Below, piece after piece: positions 61,889 through 64,000 of a DNA stretch of 64,000 bases. The notes beneath the pieces were generated by a model that saw only the letters and a list, made by a program, of their open reading frames with translations, searched no databases and was not told where the DNA came from. Numbering within the stretch: the stretch's first letter is position 1; every line of letters starts with the position of its first letter. The DNA comes from Lama guanicoe (taxonomy: Eukaryota). Location of the stretch: assembly GCA_013239625.1 (NCBI GenBank), contig MU053934.1:10187352-10251351 (forward strand), given 5' to 3'. The translations under genes were made by a program, and so were the position numbers.

Positions 61889-62135
61889 TTTTTTTTAGTT
61901 GAAGTACGTGGGTTTACGACGTTGCGTAATTCCAGGTGCACAGCACAGCGATTCAGTCACACGTGTGCGCGTCTGTGTCCTTTTCCTGGTCTTCTCCCTT
62001 ACGTGGCGTTACTACAAGGCATTGATACAGTTCCCCGTGCTGCACAGCAGGACCTTGCCGGTTATCTGCTCTGTCCGTAGCAGTGTGTATCTGCGCATCC
62101 TGAACTCCGCTTTATCCCTCCCCGCCAGCATGGGC
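61889..62135 (-). mobile_element. Short L1 3'UTR (cetartiodactyl type)
   Basis: T-tail, then 'ttgaagtac...tttacgacgttg...caggtgcacagcacagcgattcagt...ttactacaag.cattgatacagttccccgtgctgcacagcaggaccttg...tttatccctcccc'. Confidence 0.88.
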
Positions 62136-64000
62136 ACTTGAACCGGCCCCCCTGGGGGAGGCTGGCATGCGGCATGTGCGGCGTCCCTCCCTCTGCCTCT
62201 TCTCTGGGCTCACAGCCTCCAAAAGGCCCTTGGAAAGCTTTGGCAGATGTCGCTTTGCCCAGCCGTGAACCTGGAGCCCCACGGAGTGAGGCCTCATCTG
62301 GACAGACAGACAGACCGCAGCCTGCGGGGAGGGCTGCAGGGATCTCAGGGAGGGACAGGGCATGGGTGCTGCTCAGCTTACATGACAAGCCTCTGGGGGG
62401 CCCCAGAAATGCTTGGGGAGCACAGTCTCGAGGGGAAGTCGGGGTCCCCTTCCAGCCAGGCCGAGGAGGTGCAGGCCGCGGTGGGGTGTTGAGCTTGTGT
62501 GGTGTGTTTGTTTCCTGGGGCTCAGCCGCCCAGCACCGTGCACTGGGTGGTGTGACTTCATCTTAACTGTGTCTCAGAAACTCTGGTTCCCAGGAAGGCC
62601 GTGTTCACAGGTCCCCCGGAGCTGGCCATGAAGATGTCCTTCTGGGGGGCGCAGTTAAACCTGCATCACATGGGCTCTCCCGGCCCCGCGTGTGGTGGTC
62701 GTGCTGAGTGAGGAGCACCGGCCGGCGGGACCCTCCTTCGTGTCAGCCTGTCCCTGCCCTCCTGGTCGGCGTGCTAGGCAGACCAGTGCTTGGTCGGCCC
62801 GGGGAGCTGTGTGGGGCAGTCTCACTGCTCCGTGCTGGACAGCTGTGTCCAAGGAGGCCACGTGTGCTCAGTAAACACAGGATCAGGAAAATTGCAGTCT
62901 CTGTCGAATGTACAGATTGAGCTGTTCGACTCTGTGGTTAATGTCAGGAAGGATTAAATGGTTCAATCTGATCCATTTCGCCTGATGGCATTTTAAGTAC
63001 AGAAATGATAGTACGTTTTCAGGAAAAAAAAAAGTCCTTTTCTCATGGCTGTGAATGCAGTTACGAGTAAACCTCCGTGGCTTTGGAGACCACCCTGGGT
63101 CTGGCCCTGCCCAGCAGTGGGACAGAGCTGGGCCCCCTGGTGCGGTCACTGGCACCGTGAAGCCGAACCCTGGGCACAGCTCGCGGTCTCCACGAGGGGC
63201 TGCATCTTCCGTTATCCTCGGGTCTCCGGCGCGGCGAGGTGTCAGGGCTGAGCTGCTTTTAACTAAATTTCACAAAGAAAAGAAGGTTAACTCCAGAAGT
63301 GACTTTCTTTCCTGCAGCTGACGTGTCTTTTGGAAAACAGACCATACATGTTAATCTCCGTCGTCACCACGAGGCAGCCGTAAAGGATGTGTCAGGGTTT
63401 CTGTAAACCAGAGGCATCTCAGTCGTAAATTAAGGTAATTTTTTAATCTGTTTCTGGCTCTTTACTAATAACACCAGTGGAAGGTTACCGAGCTCCAGCT
63501 CCGGCTGCAGAGTCGTGTGAGCACAGACGTCGTCTTGCCCAGGGGTGGCCTTTCTCCCTGGCAGGTCAGCGAGCACCTCGGCAGGGCCGTCTCCCGCCAC
63601 CTACCTGGCCAGGCGCGCCTGGAGCTGCTCCGGGACAGGGGGTCGAGGAATGTATTTTGTTGAAGATTTCCTCTCGCTGCCGTGCTTCTCCAAGGGGACC
63701 CGGCAGGGTCTCTCAATTCGGAGGGCTGAGCTGATTGGTTGGGTCCCTGGAGGAGACCTAAGGAATGGTGTCCTCAGACTTCCCCCTCTAGTTTTAGGGA
63801 CTGAGAGGTTAAAGGTCTTGAAGTCTCTGCTTTTCCCTGCCCGATACCTCCTCTGGACCAAACGTGGGGAGGGTGGGGGAGCCAGGGCCACTCTGCCCGG
63901 AGCCTGGTCCCCGGCTGGCTGCAATGTGTGCCGGGGTAGGTAGGAGGAGTCTGGGGAGACGCTGAGCTGTGTTGTGGATCCACTGAGCTGGAGGACCTTG

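Noticed and set aside
1-64000. Hundreds of 60-316 aa ORFs (e.g. 52330..53280, 49140..50063, 44840..45718)
   Set aside because: They are Pro/Gly/Ala/Arg-rich, overlap in all six frames, often start at non-ATG codons and show no recognisable domains. This is expected when stop codons are rare in GC-rich intron.
45885-64000. Next TBC1D22A exon (expected to begin approximately SEP.GFSHFHLYVCAAFL)
   Set aside because: Not seen in the ORF track or in my reading of the sequence; it presumably lies beyond the window.

Overview
Mammalian (eutherian) genomic DNA that is very GC- and CpG-rich and almost entirely intronic. It lies inside TBC1D22A (Rab-GAP of the TBC/Gyp1 family) on the + strand. Three internal coding exons are readable, at 9117-9226, 26868-26943 and 45757-45884, with canonical AG/GT ends and matching phases. 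Together they encode ...DVSRVPADVLRNVEADTYWCMSKLLDGIQ|DNYTFAQPGIQMKVKMLEELVSRID|EQVHRHLDQHEVRYLQFAFRWMNNLLMRELPLSCTVRLWDTYQ. The start and stop of the gene lie outside the window. The rest is intron containing decayed L1, L2, MIR, MaLR/MLT1, hAT (Charlie1, MER3, MER53) and Tigger elements, a MER41-type solo LTR, short tandem repeats, a near-perfect ~210-bp tandem duplication, AT-rich islands that look constrained, and one 165-N assembly gap. The L1 3'UTR and LTR types, plus no visible Alu, B1, Can-SINE, PRE-1, Bov or CHR SINEs, suggest a cetartiodactyl, probably a camelid (inference). The hundreds of short ORFs in the track are by-products of high GC content. I found no convincing novel gene system. 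The most notable signals are patchy, extreme AT-to-GC conversion of old repeats, the tandem duplication, a candidate poison exon/microexon, and a minisatellite carrying STAT/ETS motifs. Repeat family names come from recalled consensus sequences, not a database search, and repeat boundaries are approximate.
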